The position numbers and the translations under genes were made by a program. A DNA stretch of 61,941 nt, filler included, from Eubacteriales bacterium (GTDB taxonomy: Bacteria; Bacillota; Clostridia; Oscillospirales; CAG-382): assembly GCA_045636665.1 (NCBI GenBank). It is 6 parts of 6 records of this genome, joined end to end, with 100 filler letters (N's around TTAATTAATTAA, not from the genome) between each part and the next. Parts side by side here need not be neighbours in the genome. Positions count along the whole stretch, not along the records: positions 1 to 19,389 come from JAZTXY010000124.1; positions 19,490 to 25,689 come from JAZTXY010000127.1; positions 25,790 to 40,085 come from JAZTXY010000128.1; 3 more parts are not named here. One strand, given 5' to 3'. Below are positions 18,542 through 28,223 of this stretch, piece by piece (position 1 is the stretch's first letter; each line of letters begins with the position of its first letter). The notes beneath the pieces are model-generated. The model was not told the DNA's origin and ran no database searches. It worked only from the letters and a program-made list of their open reading frames with translations.

Positions 18542-18901
18542 TTATTTGTGATTGATTCGGTCCTCGATTGTAATGCAAGAAGAAGTTAACATTCGTTGTA
18601 TTCTGCCGCAAAGATTTCTATATTTTTTAAATGTTCCTTCATCAATGGAATTGTTTGAATATAAAAGCTTTAACCAACCTTCTGTTTCAGCACATTCTTT
18701 GCGAGCTATTTTAAATTTGGACAGCATATCAGGCAGACTTTGAGGATATTGTGCTTCGGTTATGTTAGCAAAAACGCTTGATGATGATTTGCGAATTTGA
18801 AAAATAATATTCGAGTTACCTTTGTATTCTAAAGTCTTACAAAGCGCCTCAATATCAAAAGCTAACAATTCTGCATTTTTAAGTAACGGATTATCTTTCA
18901 T
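18542..18901 (-). CDS. Four-helix-bundle protein (23S rRNA IVP-like family)
   Basis: QIRKSSSSVFANITEAQ...SKFKIARKECAETEGWL pattern; visibly AT-rich. Confidence 0.85.
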   Translation of the reverse strand: MKDNPLLKNAELLAFDIEALCKTLEYKGNSNIIFQIRKSSSSVFANITEAQYPQSLPDMLSKFKIARKECAETEGWLKLLYSNNSIDEGTFKKYRNLCGRIQRMLTSSCITIEDRINHK

Positions 18902-18943
18902 ACCCTCACCTCGCCAATAGTATAGCATGAAATTATTTAAAAA

Positions 18944-19127
18944 TCAAGGTGAAGCCTTGTATGTCATCAACACGGAGTGTTGTATGTAATCGACGAAGTC
19001 GTATGTAATCATTTTCGCAAGAAAATGCATGTAATCAATCCGAAGGAAATGCACCTTCGGTGATGCCATACACGCCCCGCGTGATTACATGCGCCTGACG
19101 GCGATTACATACCAATCCTTCGGATTG
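18944..19127. repeat. Array of GYATGTAATC units and inverted copies separated by mini-hairpins (REP-like)
   Basis: Direct units at 18959, 18982, 19001, 19027; inverted units at 19062, 19083, 19103. Confidence 0.8.
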
Positions 19128-19130
19128 GAT

Positions 19131-19164
19131 AGAAAAAAACCACTTCTTTCGAAGTGGTTTTTTC
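19131..19164 (-). terminator. Terminator of the tRNA cluster
   Basis: AAAAAACCACTTC-tttc-GAAGTGGTTTTTT immediately 3' of tRNA-Phe. Confidence 0.8.
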
Positions 19165-19240
19165 TGGTGCCTCCGATCGGAATTGAACCAATGACACGGA
19201 GATTTTCAGTCTCCTGCTCTACCAACTGAGCTACAGAGGC
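19165..19240 (-). tRNA. tRNA-Phe(GAA)
   Basis: Reverse complement GCCTCTGTAGCTCAGTTGGTAGAGCA-GGAGA-CTGAAAA-TCTCC...GGTTCAATTCC...GAGGCACCA. Confidence 0.95.
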
Positions 19241-19271
19241 ATATCACTCCCCCACTATTGCAGGAAAGCGA

Positions 19272-19348
19272 TGGCGATTCGGATGGGACTCGAACCCACG
19301 ACCTCCGCCGTGACAGGGCGGCATTCTAACCAACTGAACTACCGAACC
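19272..19348 (-). tRNA. tRNA-Asp(GTC)
   Basis: Reverse complement GGTTCGGTAGTTCAGTTGGTTAGAATG-CCGCC-CTGTCAC-GGCGG...GGTTCGAGTCC...CCA. Confidence 0.95.
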
Positions 19349-19353
19349 ATTTT

Positions 19354-19389
19354 TGGAGCGGATTACGGGGTTCGAACCCGCTACCTCCG
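19354..19389 (-). tRNA. 3' half of a tRNA, probably Gly; truncated by contig end
   Basis: T-arm GCGGGTTCGAACCCCGT and 3' end ATCCGCTCCA; anticodon not visible. Confidence 0.7.
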
Positions 19390-19489
19390 NNNNNNNNNNN
19401 NNNNNNNNNNNNNNNNNNNNNNNNNNNNNNNNNTTAATTAATTAANNNNNNNNNNNNNNNNNNNNNNNNNNNNNNNNNNNNNNNNNNNN
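19390..19489. other. Artificial contig linker
   Basis: N44-TTAATTAATTAA-N44 (stops in all six frames). Confidence 0.98.
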
Positions 19490-19626
19490 TATAGAAAAAA
19501 CTTTAAAACAAGACTTGTATTTCCGATTGGAGTATGATATGAAAAGCCGATTAACGTAAAGAAATATTGATTTTTCTTTCGATTTTTTGTATAATGAATT
19601 TAACTAAAAGCTTTCAGAGGGGAAAT

Positions 19627-21087
19627 ATGCCGTATTTAACGATAAAAAATGGCGAAAATATAATAACCGTTGAATTTGTCGGCACACCGATTCTGCGCGA
19701 CGTTTTGGCAGAGAACGGCTATGCCGTCATTTCGCCGTGCGGCGGCAAGGGTATTTGCGGTAAATGTGCCGTCAACGTCAGCGGCGATATTACCCCTTCC
19801 GACGAGAGGGAAATTGAGCTTAATTGCCGTCTTTCTTGCAGAACAAGGCTGCTCGGCGATGCTTTTGTTGAATTAAAAAGAGATAAATACGTTTTTGATA
19901 AAAGCGATGAAACCGAAATTTATGAAAAGAAAAGCGATTGGGTCGGCTTGGGTGTAGCAATCGACATTGGCACGACGACGGTCGTTTTGAAGCTTTTTGA
20001 CGATGGCGGTAAGTTGTTAGGCGAAGCTTCCGCATTGAATCCGCAAAACAGCGTTTCCGCCGACGTTATCGGCAGGATAGATGCCGCTTTGCACGGCAAG
20101 GGAGAAGCGTTGCGCGGAAAAATCGTTGAATGTATCGATAATTTGGCAACGCGTTTATGCGTTGGAGTTAACCGTTCAAAACGCGAAATCAACCGCGTAA
20201 TCATTACAGGTAACACGGCAATGATGTACCTTTTAACAAACCGCAATCCCGAATCGATCTCCCATTATCCCTTTGAAGCGGACGAGCTTTTTGGAATTTG
20301 GGCTGACGAAAAGACCTATTTGACGCCTTGTATGAACGCGTACGTCGGCGGTGATATTACCTGCGCCTTGCTCGCGTCGGGAATGTGTGAAGGTGACAAG
20401 ACGGTTCTTCTTTGCGACATCGGTACAAACGGCGAGATAGCCTTGAGGAAAAACGGCTCTCTTATCACTACCTCTGCGGCGGCAGGCCCTGCCTTTGAGG
20501 GAGGCGCGATAAGCTGCGGCTGTCAAAACGTTCGCGGTGCGGTGAATAGGGTAAGGATCGAAAACAAAACGGCGGTTGCCGAAACGGTCGGCAACGAAGC
20601 CGCAATCGGAATCAACGGTACCGGTCTTATCGATGCGGTCGCTTCGTTTTTGGAGCTTGGTTATATCGATAAAACGGGCTATGCCGCAAAGAAGCTTATA
20701 TTAATCGCAAACGGAAAAGATATTGAGCTTACGCAAGACGATATCCGCGCATTACAGCTTGCAAAGGCGGCGATACGCGCGGGAATCGAAACGCTTCTGG
20801 AATCGACCGACACGAGGATTAAGGATGTTGACGAATTTTTGATTGCAGGCTCGTTCGGCAGCAATCTTTCGATTCCGTCGGCGGTAAAAATCGGCTTGAT
20901 ACCCAAGGAGCTGGAAACCAAAGCAAAATGTATCGGAAACGCTTCGCTTAACGGCGCGGTGCTTATTCTTTCGGACGATGCGAACATCAAAAAGGCAGAG
21001 GAAATCGCAAAAAATTCAAAGCATATTCAATTGGGCGGAAGCGAAGAATTTTACAACAGTTTTATTAAGGCTATCGATTTTGAATAA
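19627..21087 (+). CDS. ASKHA/DUF4445 protein with N-terminal 2Fe-2S domain (reductive activator of corrinoid proteins-like)
   Basis: CGGKGICGKC...RLSC; DIGTTT, DIGTNGEI, AAGPAFEG, TQDDIRALQLAKAAI, AGSFG. Confidence 0.9.
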   Translation: MPYLTIKNGENIITVEFVGTPILRDVLAENGYAVISPCGGKGICGKCAVNVSGDITPSDEREIELNCRLSCRTRLLGDAFVELKRDKYVFDKSDETEIYEKKSDWVGLGVAIDIGTTTVVLKLFDDGGKLLGEASALNPQNSVSADVIGRIDAALHGKGEALRGKIVECIDNLATRLCVGVNRSKREINRVIITGNTAMMYLLTNRNPESISHYPFEADELFGIWADEKTYLTPCMNAYVGGDITCALLASGMCEGDKTVLLCDIGTNGEIALRKNGSLITTSAAAGPAFEGGAISCGCQNVRGAVNRVRIENKTAVAETVGNEAAIGINGTGLIDAVASFLELGYIDKTGYAAKKLILIANGKDIELTQDDIRALQLAKAAIRAGIETLLESTDTRIKDVDEFLIAGSFGSNLSIPSAVKIGLIPKELETKAKCIGNASLNGAVLILSDDANIKKAEEIAKNSKHIQLGGSEEFYNSFIKAIDFE

Positions 21088-21090
21088 AAT

Positions 21091-21130
21091 AAAACTCGCA
21101 GAGGTTTTAAGCCCTGCGAGTCTTTTTTTT
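21091..21130. terminator. Bidirectional terminator
   Basis: ACTCGCAG...CTGCGAGT with flanking A/T runs between convergent genes. Confidence 0.75.
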
Positions 21131-21136
21131 GTTTGC

Positions 21137-22858
21137 TTATTTGGTGGTTTCGTTTCCTTCTGCGGTGTAGTACTTAAAGGTGTTTTCCTCTGCGTTATAG
21201 ATACCGTAAGCGGCATTGGATTCTTCGTTGTTGAATTCAACGAGATAGAAGTTGCCTTCTTCAAGGTCGCAATGCTTTGCATAAGCGGATTCAGCGGTAA
21301 TCTTCGAGAGATAAATACCGATAAGCTCGCGGTAGCCCTCGGTGCCCTCGTTTGCTTTTGCCTGTTCATAGGTCATATTGAACATCGCGCAAGCCATTTC
21401 GGGGCTTTCAACCGACATAAAGGTCGAGGAGTTATAGCCGCACATATAAATATCGGGGTAGAAGAAGAGGATAAGCTCTGCATTGATCGAGGATTCAACG
21501 TCGATAAGGTCGAGATCCTCAAGCTGATCCTGCTTGTCGGGGTGGTTAATGGTGGGGGTGTTGGGGTGTCCCTTGTAGTAATAAACGAATTCTTCTTCGC
21601 CGTAGTAAGCCTTAACAAGGTTTACGTAGTCATTGAAATCGGGTTCGTTTTCGGCGTATGCCCACGAGCCGAGAATCATCATCGCCTTCTTGTTTGCTTC
21701 GTCAGCCGCTTCAAACATTTCGTTGTTGAAGTTGTAAAGCGATTTAAGAGCGGTCTTTTCGTCGTCGGTCATTTCCTTAAGAGGGTTAGCGAAGTTACGT
21801 TCTTCCATAACGCCTTCTTTTTTGTCGTCGTTAAGAACCATATTGATGAATTCTTCATCGGGCGAGCAAAGAACGCCTGCGCGGGGACGGAGAATCCACC
21901 ATTCGACGTTGTTCATTTCCTTAGCCGCAACAAAGGAATACTGTCTGAACGTTTCACCGTTTACCGAGAAGCTGCTGCCGCCGTCGTAATCCTTGGCTTC
22001 GCGTACCTCGGTGTAAAGGGTTTTAAGCTTTTCTGCCATTTCGGCATATTTAGCATCGGCATCAAAGCCTTCTTCTTCGATATTGAACGCCTTGTTGAAA
22101 TCGGCATAAGAAGCGCCGCCATCGGAAAGGAGGGTAACGTAATAGTTGCTTTCGGGGATGCCGTTACCTGCCAAGAGCTTCAAATAAAGGTAGGAATTGT
22201 AGTCGTTGATATAAAGATTGAACTTCGAGCCGCTGTTGATGCTGTAAAGCTCTTCGATGTAAGCATCGGTCGCCGCAACCATTTTATCGTAATTGTTGTG
22301 GGTAAGAACCTCTTCGATAGAAGCGTTGGGCATTGCATATACGTTTTCGGGAAGCTTATCCCAGTTCCAGCTATCGGGACGAGCAAGCCAAACGAATGCG
22401 GGGATTTGGTGGTCGTTGGTAATCTCTTTCATATTGAGAGTGAAATAAAGCTGGGGCATCGAGCCGGAAATGGGCGCGATAACGTATTCACTTGCGGAAA
22501 GAGAAACTTCCTTAAATACCTCGGCAACGCCGCCGGATTCGGAGGTAGCGCGAATATTCACGGTGTGCTTGCCGTAATATGCGTCAACCGTAACGTTGTT
22601 TTCCTTAAGCGCATCGCCTTCGAAAACGTTGTTGGAAACTACTTGTTCGCCGTGCTTAACGGTAATTTCAACCTTTTCGATAGCTTCATCGCTGTTATAG
22701 GAAACGTTGAGCTTTTGTTCTTCGTTAACCTGATTGATAACGAAAACGCAAACGAAATCACTGTGGATGGTGCTTACTTCAACGGTGTCCTCGCTACAAG
22801 CCGAAAACAGCATTGAAAAAGCAAGGATCAGTGCAATAATCGCGAATGATTTTTTCAT
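21137..22858 (-). CDS. Lipoprotein with GT-B sialyltransferase (GT80)-like motifs
   Basis: FSAC lipobox; SDGGASY, YYKGHP and GYNSSTF in GT80 order. Confidence 0.6.
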   Translation of the reverse strand: MKKSFAIIALILAFSMLFSACSEDTVEVSTIHSDFVCVFVINQVNEEQKLNVSYNSDEAIEKVEITVKHGEQVVSNNVFEGDALKENNVTVDAYYGKHTVNIRATSESGGVAEVFKEVSLSASEYVIAPISGSMPQLYFTLNMKEITNDHQIPAFVWLARPDSWNWDKLPENVYAMPNASIEEVLTHNNYDKMVAATDAYIEELYSINSGSKFNLYINDYNSYLYLKLLAGNGIPESNYYVTLLSDGGASYADFNKAFNIEEEGFDADAKYAEMAEKLKTLYTEVREAKDYDGGSSFSVNGETFRQYSFVAAKEMNNVEWWILRPRAGVLCSPDEEFINMVLNDDKKEGVMEERNFANPLKEMTDDEKTALKSLYNFNNEMFEAADEANKKAMMILGSWAYAENEPDFNDYVNLVKAYYGEEEFVYYYKGHPNTPTINHPDKQDQLEDLDLIDVESSINAELILFFYPDIYMCGYNSSTFMSVESPEMACAMFNMTYEQAKANEGTEGYRELIGIYLSKITAESAYAKHCDLEEGNFYLVEFNNEESNAAYGIYNAEENTFKYYTAEGNETTK

Positions 22859-23053
22859 GCAAAAAATTCTCCTGTTTTTAATTATTTTACAAAATCCGAC
22901 AGTATATTACCACATTCGTGCCGAAATTGCAACAGTTTAAAGACAATTCATTATTTCTTAATTAACAATTAACAAGTTTTTCGGCTTTTACGGTGTATTG
23001 CATTAATCAATCTTTTGTTGTATAATGGTAATAATATATATCGGAGAGAAAAA

Positions 23054-24772
23054 ATGGAAAGAAAACGAATCGAAACGGTCGAGCTATATACAGAATATGA
23101 AGCGGAGTTGAAAAACGGCAATATTCCTTTTTCGGAATATCCCCGTCCGCAATTAAAGCGCGATTCTTATTTTTGCTTGAACGGATATTGGGATTTCAGC
23201 ATCAGAAACAAGGGCGAGGTTACTTATAACGGCAAAATCCTTGTTCCCTTTGTTCCCGAAAGCAGGATTTCGGGAGTAAACACCGAAATAAAGAAGGATG
23301 ATTTTCTTTGGTATGAGCGCAAGCTCACCATACCCGACGGATTCAACAAGGGACGTATAATTTTGCATATCGGCGCTTGCGATCAATATGCGGATCTTTT
23401 TATAAACGGAAAAAACGTCGGCTGGATCGGCGGTTATTTACCCTCGTCGAGCGATATTACCGAGCTTTTGCTCGACGGCGAAAATCTTATTCGTATCGTT
23501 GCGAGAGATGAGCTTGACACCGATATACCCTACGGCAAGCAGACAAACAAGCGCGGCGGTATGTGGTATACGAATATAAGCGGAATTTGGCAAACTGTTT
23601 GGTTGGAAAGCGTTCCCGAAAGCTATATAACCGATATTAAAATCACCCCCGATCTCAACGGCGTTGATATCGAAATCCTCGGCGGCGAGGACGAAAAAAC
23701 GCTTATCTTCAACGGCAGGGAATATACCTTTAACGGCAACCGCTTCCGTCTTGACGTGGCAGAACCGATTCTTTGGACACCCGAAAACCCGCATATTTAT
23801 AATTTCGTTATCGTTTCGGGTGACGACAGAATCGAATCCTATTTCGGCTTGAGAACGGTCGAAATTAAAGAGATAAACGGTAAAAAGCGGATTTGCCTTA
23901 ACGGCGAGCCGATATTTATGCACGGCTTGCTCGACCAAGGGTATTTCCCCGACGGGATTTTTCTTCCCGCAACGCCGAAAGGGTTTGAGGATGACGTCGT
24001 TCGTATGAAGCGATGCGGCTTTAATATGCTTCGCAAGCATATTAAGCTCGAACCCGAGCTTTTCTATTATTATTGCGATATCCACGGTATGCTCGTGTGG
24101 CAGGATTTTATAAACAACGGCAAATACAGCTTTTTTATCGATACCGCGTTGCCGACCGTTTTCCTCCGCAAGGGTATAAGCCACAAGGCGACCGAAAGAA
24201 GAAGGGCGTTTTTCCTCGAAACCGCAAAGGGGATAATGAAAGACCTTTACAATCATCCGAGCGTTGTTTATTACACGATATTCAACGAGGGTTGGGGACA
24301 GTTTGATGCCGATAAGTGCTATGATGAATTAAAGCCGCTTGACCAAACGCGTATTTTCGATACGACCTCGGGCTGGTTTAAAGCCAAAAAGACCGACGTG
24401 GAAAGCGAGCATATTTATTTTAAGCCGATAAAGCTCAAAAAATCAGACAAGCCAATCGTTTTGTCCGAGTTCGGCGGTTATTCTCACCGTGTTAAGGGGC
24501 ATATTTTCAACCTCGCAAAAAATTACGGGTACAGAACCTTTAACGATAAAGCCGAATATTCAAACGCGATTGCCAAGCTTTATCGGAATGAAATCATTCC
24601 CGCGATCAATAACGGTCTTTGCGCCTCGGTCTATACTCAATTGAGTGACGTTGAGGATGAAACGAACGGACTTTTGACCTATGACCGCAGAGTGTTAAAG
24701 GTAGAAGCGGAAGAAATGCAAGGGCTTTCAAACGAGCTGTTTAACGCCTTTGATGAAACCGTTAAGGGTTAG
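23054..24772 (+). CDS. Glycoside hydrolase family 2
   Basis: EYPRPQ, SGIWQTVWLE, GFNMLRKHIK, FNEGWGQF (acid/base), LSEFGG (nucleophile), YTQLSDVEDE. Confidence 0.92.
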   Translation: MERKRIETVELYTEYEAELKNGNIPFSEYPRPQLKRDSYFCLNGYWDFSIRNKGEVTYNGKILVPFVPESRISGVNTEIKKDDFLWYERKLTIPDGFNKGRIILHIGACDQYADLFINGKNVGWIGGYLPSSSDITELLLDGENLIRIVARDELDTDIPYGKQTNKRGGMWYTNISGIWQTVWLESVPESYITDIKITPDLNGVDIEILGGEDEKTLIFNGREYTFNGNRFRLDVAEPILWTPENPHIYNFVIVSGDDRIESYFGLRTVEIKEINGKKRICLNGEPIFMHGLLDQGYFPDGIFLPATPKGFEDDVVRMKRCGFNMLRKHIKLEPELFYYYCDIHGMLVWQDFINNGKYSFFIDTALPTVFLRKGISHKATERRRAFFLETAKGIMKDLYNHPSVVYYTIFNEGWGQFDADKCYDELKPLDQTRIFDTTSGWFKAKKTDVESEHIYFKPIKLKKSDKPIVLSEFGGYSHRVKGHIFNLAKNYGYRTFNDKAEYSNAIAKLYRNEIIPAINNGLCASVYTQLSDVEDETNGLLTYDRRVLKVEAEEMQGLSNELFNAFDETVKG

Positions 24773-24894
24773 AAAACCGAGCCGTAACGAACAAAAAAGA
24801 AACCGATAATTGACTTTTGCGCGTATGTGTGGTATAAGCTTTTTGTGTCAGGTCACACAGACACGCCAAAATCTCACCGCAAAGGAAAATAAAA

Positions 24895-25227
24895 ATGAAG
24901 AAATTGATTTCGATTTTTCTCGCAGTTGTTGTACTGTCGGCTCTGTTTACCGTTTACGCAGGCGCAACGAGTCAGGTCGAGGACGTAAGCTCTGTCGGCG
25001 GAGATGCAGAAGCGCAGTCTGTTGATATTTCCGACGAATCGAGCGAGCCCGTTGTCAGGGAAGCGTCTGCGTTCGAGAAGGTTTTTCAGGTGCTGTTTAT
25101 CGCAATAATGAGTATTGGATTGCTCGGACTTCCTTACTATTTTTGGGTTAATTCCAAAAAGAATAAAGCGAATCGCGAATATGCCGAAAGCAACGACGAC
25201 GAAGACGAAAGCAACGGCGAAGAATAA
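24895..25227 (+). CDS. Small exported/membrane protein
   Basis: Signal peptide, acidic linker, TM helix, acidic tail; AAGGA RBS. Confidence 0.7.
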   Translation: MKKLISIFLAVVVLSALFTVYAGATSQVEDVSSVGGDAEAQSVDISDESSEPVVREASAFEKVFQVLFIAIMSIGLLGLPYYFWVNSKKNKANREYAESNDDEDESNGEE

Positions 25228-25689
25228 ATTTTTTTAAAAAGGTAAAGAGGGCGGTTTTCCGCCTTCTTTTTTGCTGTTTTTTCACAAAAAACGTAAATAC
25301 GGCGGTGAATAAAAGACACAAAAACAACAAAAAAATTTTACATTTAGTGTTAAATGAGCATAAAATAGATTGACAACCGAAAGAATATGTGATATATATA
25401 TTTTTAAGTATAGTAATATACAAAAAAGTTGTAAGAAAGGAAATTCCGAAAGAAGGAGACACCCTCTCTCCCGCCCGCAGGTGTTCTCGTCTGGGTGTTG
25501 TTCGCTGTTGGTGTTTGGGGTGTTGTTATTTCCGCTGTTTGTGTTGGGAGAGCTCTGAATTTCTGCCTGCAGGCGGTCTGTCTTGCTCTGTAAAGCAGAC
25601 AGTTGTTCCTGGAGCTTCTGGTTCTGCTGGGACCAATAATTATTCAGTACCATTCCGGATAGAAAACAGCTGGATGCAATACAGCCAAT

Positions 25690-25789
25690 NNNNNNNNNNN
25701 NNNNNNNNNNNNNNNNNNNNNNNNNNNNNNNNNTTAATTAATTAANNNNNNNNNNNNNNNNNNNNNNNNNNNNNNNNNNNNNNNNNNNN
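25690..25789. other. Artificial contig linker
   Basis: N44-TTAATTAATTAA-N44. Confidence 0.98.
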
Positions 25790-26878
25790 GAACTGAAAAG
25801 TATCGGTCTGAGCGACGTTGGAATAGACGAAAACGGTTACGTTTACGGCGTGCTTCCCGCAAGCGAGGGCAGAGAAAACGATCCGTCAATCGGATTTATC
25901 GCTCACATGGACACAAGCGACGGCGCATGCGGTGACAATATCAAGCCGCAAATCGTTAAATACCAAGGCGGCGACATTAAGCTTAACGAATCGGAAAGCA
26001 TCACGCTTAAGGATTTCCCCTATCTTGCAAAGTATGCAGGCGGTGAAATTATTACCACCGACGGCACAACGCTTTTGGGCGCAGACGACAAGGCAGGCAT
26101 TGCCGAAATCTTTACCGCGCTTGAATATTTGGTCGAGCATCCCGAAATCAAGCACGGCAGAATCCCCGTTTGCATTACTCCCGACGAGGAAATCGGACGC
26201 GGCGCGGACAGATTCGACCTTGAGCGCTTTGCGGCGGATTGGGCATATACAATCGACGGCGGCGAGCTTGGCGAGATTGAATACGAGAACTTCAATGCCG
26301 CTTCGGCGCATATCGTCATCAACGGCGTGAATATCCACCCCGGCAGTGCGAAGAATAAGATGAAAAACGCGCTTCTTATCGCAGGCGACGTTATTAAAAT
26401 GTTCCCCGATGCCGAAACTCCTGCGCATACCGAGGGTTATGAGGGCTTTTATCACCTCGGCAGTGTTCACGGTGACGAAACTACTGTTACGATGAAATAT
26501 ATCATCCGCGACCACGATCGAAGCAAGTTCGAATCGCGCAAAGCGTTCGTTTCTAACCTCGTTAACTACTTAAACGGTGTTTACGGCGAGGGTACGGTTG
26601 AATTGACGCTCCGCGACAGCTATTACAATATGCGCGAAAAGATACTTCCGCATATGCACATTATCGATTCGGCGGTGGAAGCGATGAAAAAAGCAAACGT
26701 CGAGCCGATGATCGTTGCCATCCGCGGCGGTACCGACGGCGCGCGCCTTTCCTTCGAGGGGCTTCCTTGCCCGAACCTTTCGACAGGCGGCGCGAATTTC
26801 CACGGCGTTCACGAATTTATTCCCATAAACTCTATGGAAAAAATGGTCGAGATAATCGTTACTCTTATGCAAGGATAA
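25790..26878 (+). CDS. pepT: Peptidase T, 5'-truncated
   Basis: FIAHMDT, LLGADDKAG, TPDEEIGRG, ENFNAA, IRGGTDGARLS; frame is open from the contig start. Confidence 0.95.
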   Translation, partial: ELKSIGLSDVGIDENGYVYGVLPASEGRENDPSIGFIAHMDTSDGACGDNIKPQIVKYQGGDIKLNESESITLKDFPYLAKYAGGEIITTDGTTLLGADDKAGIAEIFTALEYLVEHPEIKHGRIPVCITPDEEIGRGADRFDLERFAADWAYTIDGGELGEIEYENFNAASAHIVINGVNIHPGSAKNKMKNALLIAGDVIKMFPDAETPAHTEGYEGFYHLGSVHGDETTVTMKYIIRDHDRSKFESRKAFVSNLVNYLNGVYGEGTVELTLRDSYYNMREKILPHMHIIDSAVEAMKKANVEPMIVAIRGGTDGARLSFEGLPCPNLSTGGANFHGVHEFIPINSMEKMVEIIVTLMQG

Positions 26879-26899
26879 GACTGCAAAGCAGGTGCTTTT

Positions 26900-27583
26900 A
26901 TGGACGAATACGTTATAAAACCTATAGCATACATACATAACGACCTTAAAACAAAATTCGGTGTGCCGAGGCAGAGCGGATTGGCCAATTCGCTCCTTTC
27001 GAAAATCGTTTTCACGCCCGAATACCGCGTTTCCGATGCGTTGCGCGGAATAACCGATTTTTCGCATATATGGCTTATTTGGAGCTTTTCGGAGGCGCGC
27101 AAGGACAATTGGTCGCCCACGGTACGTCCGCCGAGATTGGGCGGTAACGAGCGTGTCGGCGTTTTCGCAACGCGTTCTCCTTACAGACCCAACAGTCTTG
27201 CGCTTTCCTGCGTGAAGTTGGTGCGTATCGAGCACCGCGAGGGCTTGGGTGACGTTATAACCGTTTCGGGAGCCGACCTTATGAACGGCACCCCGATATA
27301 TGACATAAAGCCCTATTTGCCTTATGCCGATTCGATCGGGGACGCGATTGGCGGATTTGCGCCCGACGGCGGAAAAACGCTTGAGGTTATCGATGAAAGC
27401 GGCGCATTGAACAAGCTTTCGCTCGAAAAAAGGAATGCCTTGACCGAGCTTCTCGCCCGTGACCCGCGTCCGCAATATCACGACGATGCATCACGCGTTT
27501 ACGGAATGGAATACGGCGATTTTGAAATTAAATTCCGCGTAGACGGAAGCGCGCTATACGTTGTTTCCGCAGAAAAAAGATAA
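26900..27583 (+). CDS. trmO: tRNA (N6-threonylcarbamoyladenosine(37)-N6)-methyltransferase
   Basis: KFGVPRQSG, PTVRPPRLGGN, GVFATRSPYRPN, DIKPYLP. Confidence 0.92.
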   Translation: MDEYVIKPIAYIHNDLKTKFGVPRQSGLANSLLSKIVFTPEYRVSDALRGITDFSHIWLIWSFSEARKDNWSPTVRPPRLGGNERVGVFATRSPYRPNSLALSCVKLVRIEHREGLGDVITVSGADLMNGTPIYDIKPYLPYADSIGDAIGGFAPDGGKTLEVIDESGALNKLSLEKRNALTELLARDPRPQYHDDASRVYGMEYGDFEIKFRVDGSALYVVSAEKR

Positions 27584-27598
27584 AAAAGGTGAAAAACC

Positions 27599-28105
27599 AT
27601 GGCAAGATATCATAACGAGTTCAAATTCAATCATCCTATCCACGAACAGCTTTTTGCGGATATTCATCAATATATGCTTAGCGAGGGATATGAATATCTG
27701 GATTACGAGGGTGAAAACCTTTATAAAAAGGGTAAAGGTCTTGCAACCGGCCCGACCTTTATAAAGATAATGACCGACCAAAATCATATCGTAATTGAAG
27801 CTTGGGTAAAGTTTGCGGTTCTTCCCGGCGTTTATGCGGGTGAAATGGGAATCGACGGAGCAATCGGCGCGATTCCGAAAAGCGTTCTTGGCGGACGCGT
27901 TCGTTATATCGAAACGATGATAATTAACAACGGCGGAATTGCTATCGGTACGGCGGCGTATGCGCCCAACCCCAACGCTTCCTCTGCATACGGACAGCCG
28001 CAACAGACACAGCAAAGCCGCGACCATATCTTTTGCACCAAGTGCGGAAACAAAATGCAGATAACCGCATCATTCTGCACCAAATGCGGAAACAAGCTTA
28101 AATAA
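27599..28105 (+). CDS. Hypothetical protein with C-terminal zinc ribbon
   Basis: FCTKCG...FCTKCG. Confidence 0.8.
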   Translation: MARYHNEFKFNHPIHEQLFADIHQYMLSEGYEYLDYEGENLYKKGKGLATGPTFIKIMTDQNHIVIEAWVKFAVLPGVYAGEMGIDGAIGAIPKSVLGGRVRYIETMIINNGGIAIGTAAYAPNPNASSAYGQPQQTQQSRDHIFCTKCGNKMQITASFCTKCGNKLK

Positions 28106-28223
28106 CGCGAAAAACGGAAGACGATTTCTTTAAAAGAAGTTGGCTTCCGTTGTTGTTTTTCTTTACAAATAAAGGTTTTCGTGATATAATATAAAATAGC
28201 AAAATTTGGAAGGATTATTTCGA

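Noticed and set aside
18542..18901. Diversity-generating retroelement (Avd-like gene)
   Set aside because: No reverse transcriptase in the window and no template/variable repeat pair with adenine-specific mismatches.
18944..19127. CRISPR array
   Set aside because: Units are only 10 nt, spacers are short self-complementary hairpins, orientation flips midway, and no cas genes are present.
1151..19240. A complete prophage or island running from terS to the tRNA cluster
   Set aside because: I found no duplicate of a tRNA 3' end near the left border and no integrase. Genes from 10385 onward are host-type with their own promoters.
19434..19445. TTAATTAATTAA palindromes, repeated five times
   Set aside because: Centre of artificial N-padded linkers, not biological. 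ORFs crossing them are artefacts.
20978..22816. 612-aa plus-strand ORF
   Set aside because: Antisense shadow of the lipoprotein at 21137-22858, which has the signal peptide and motifs.
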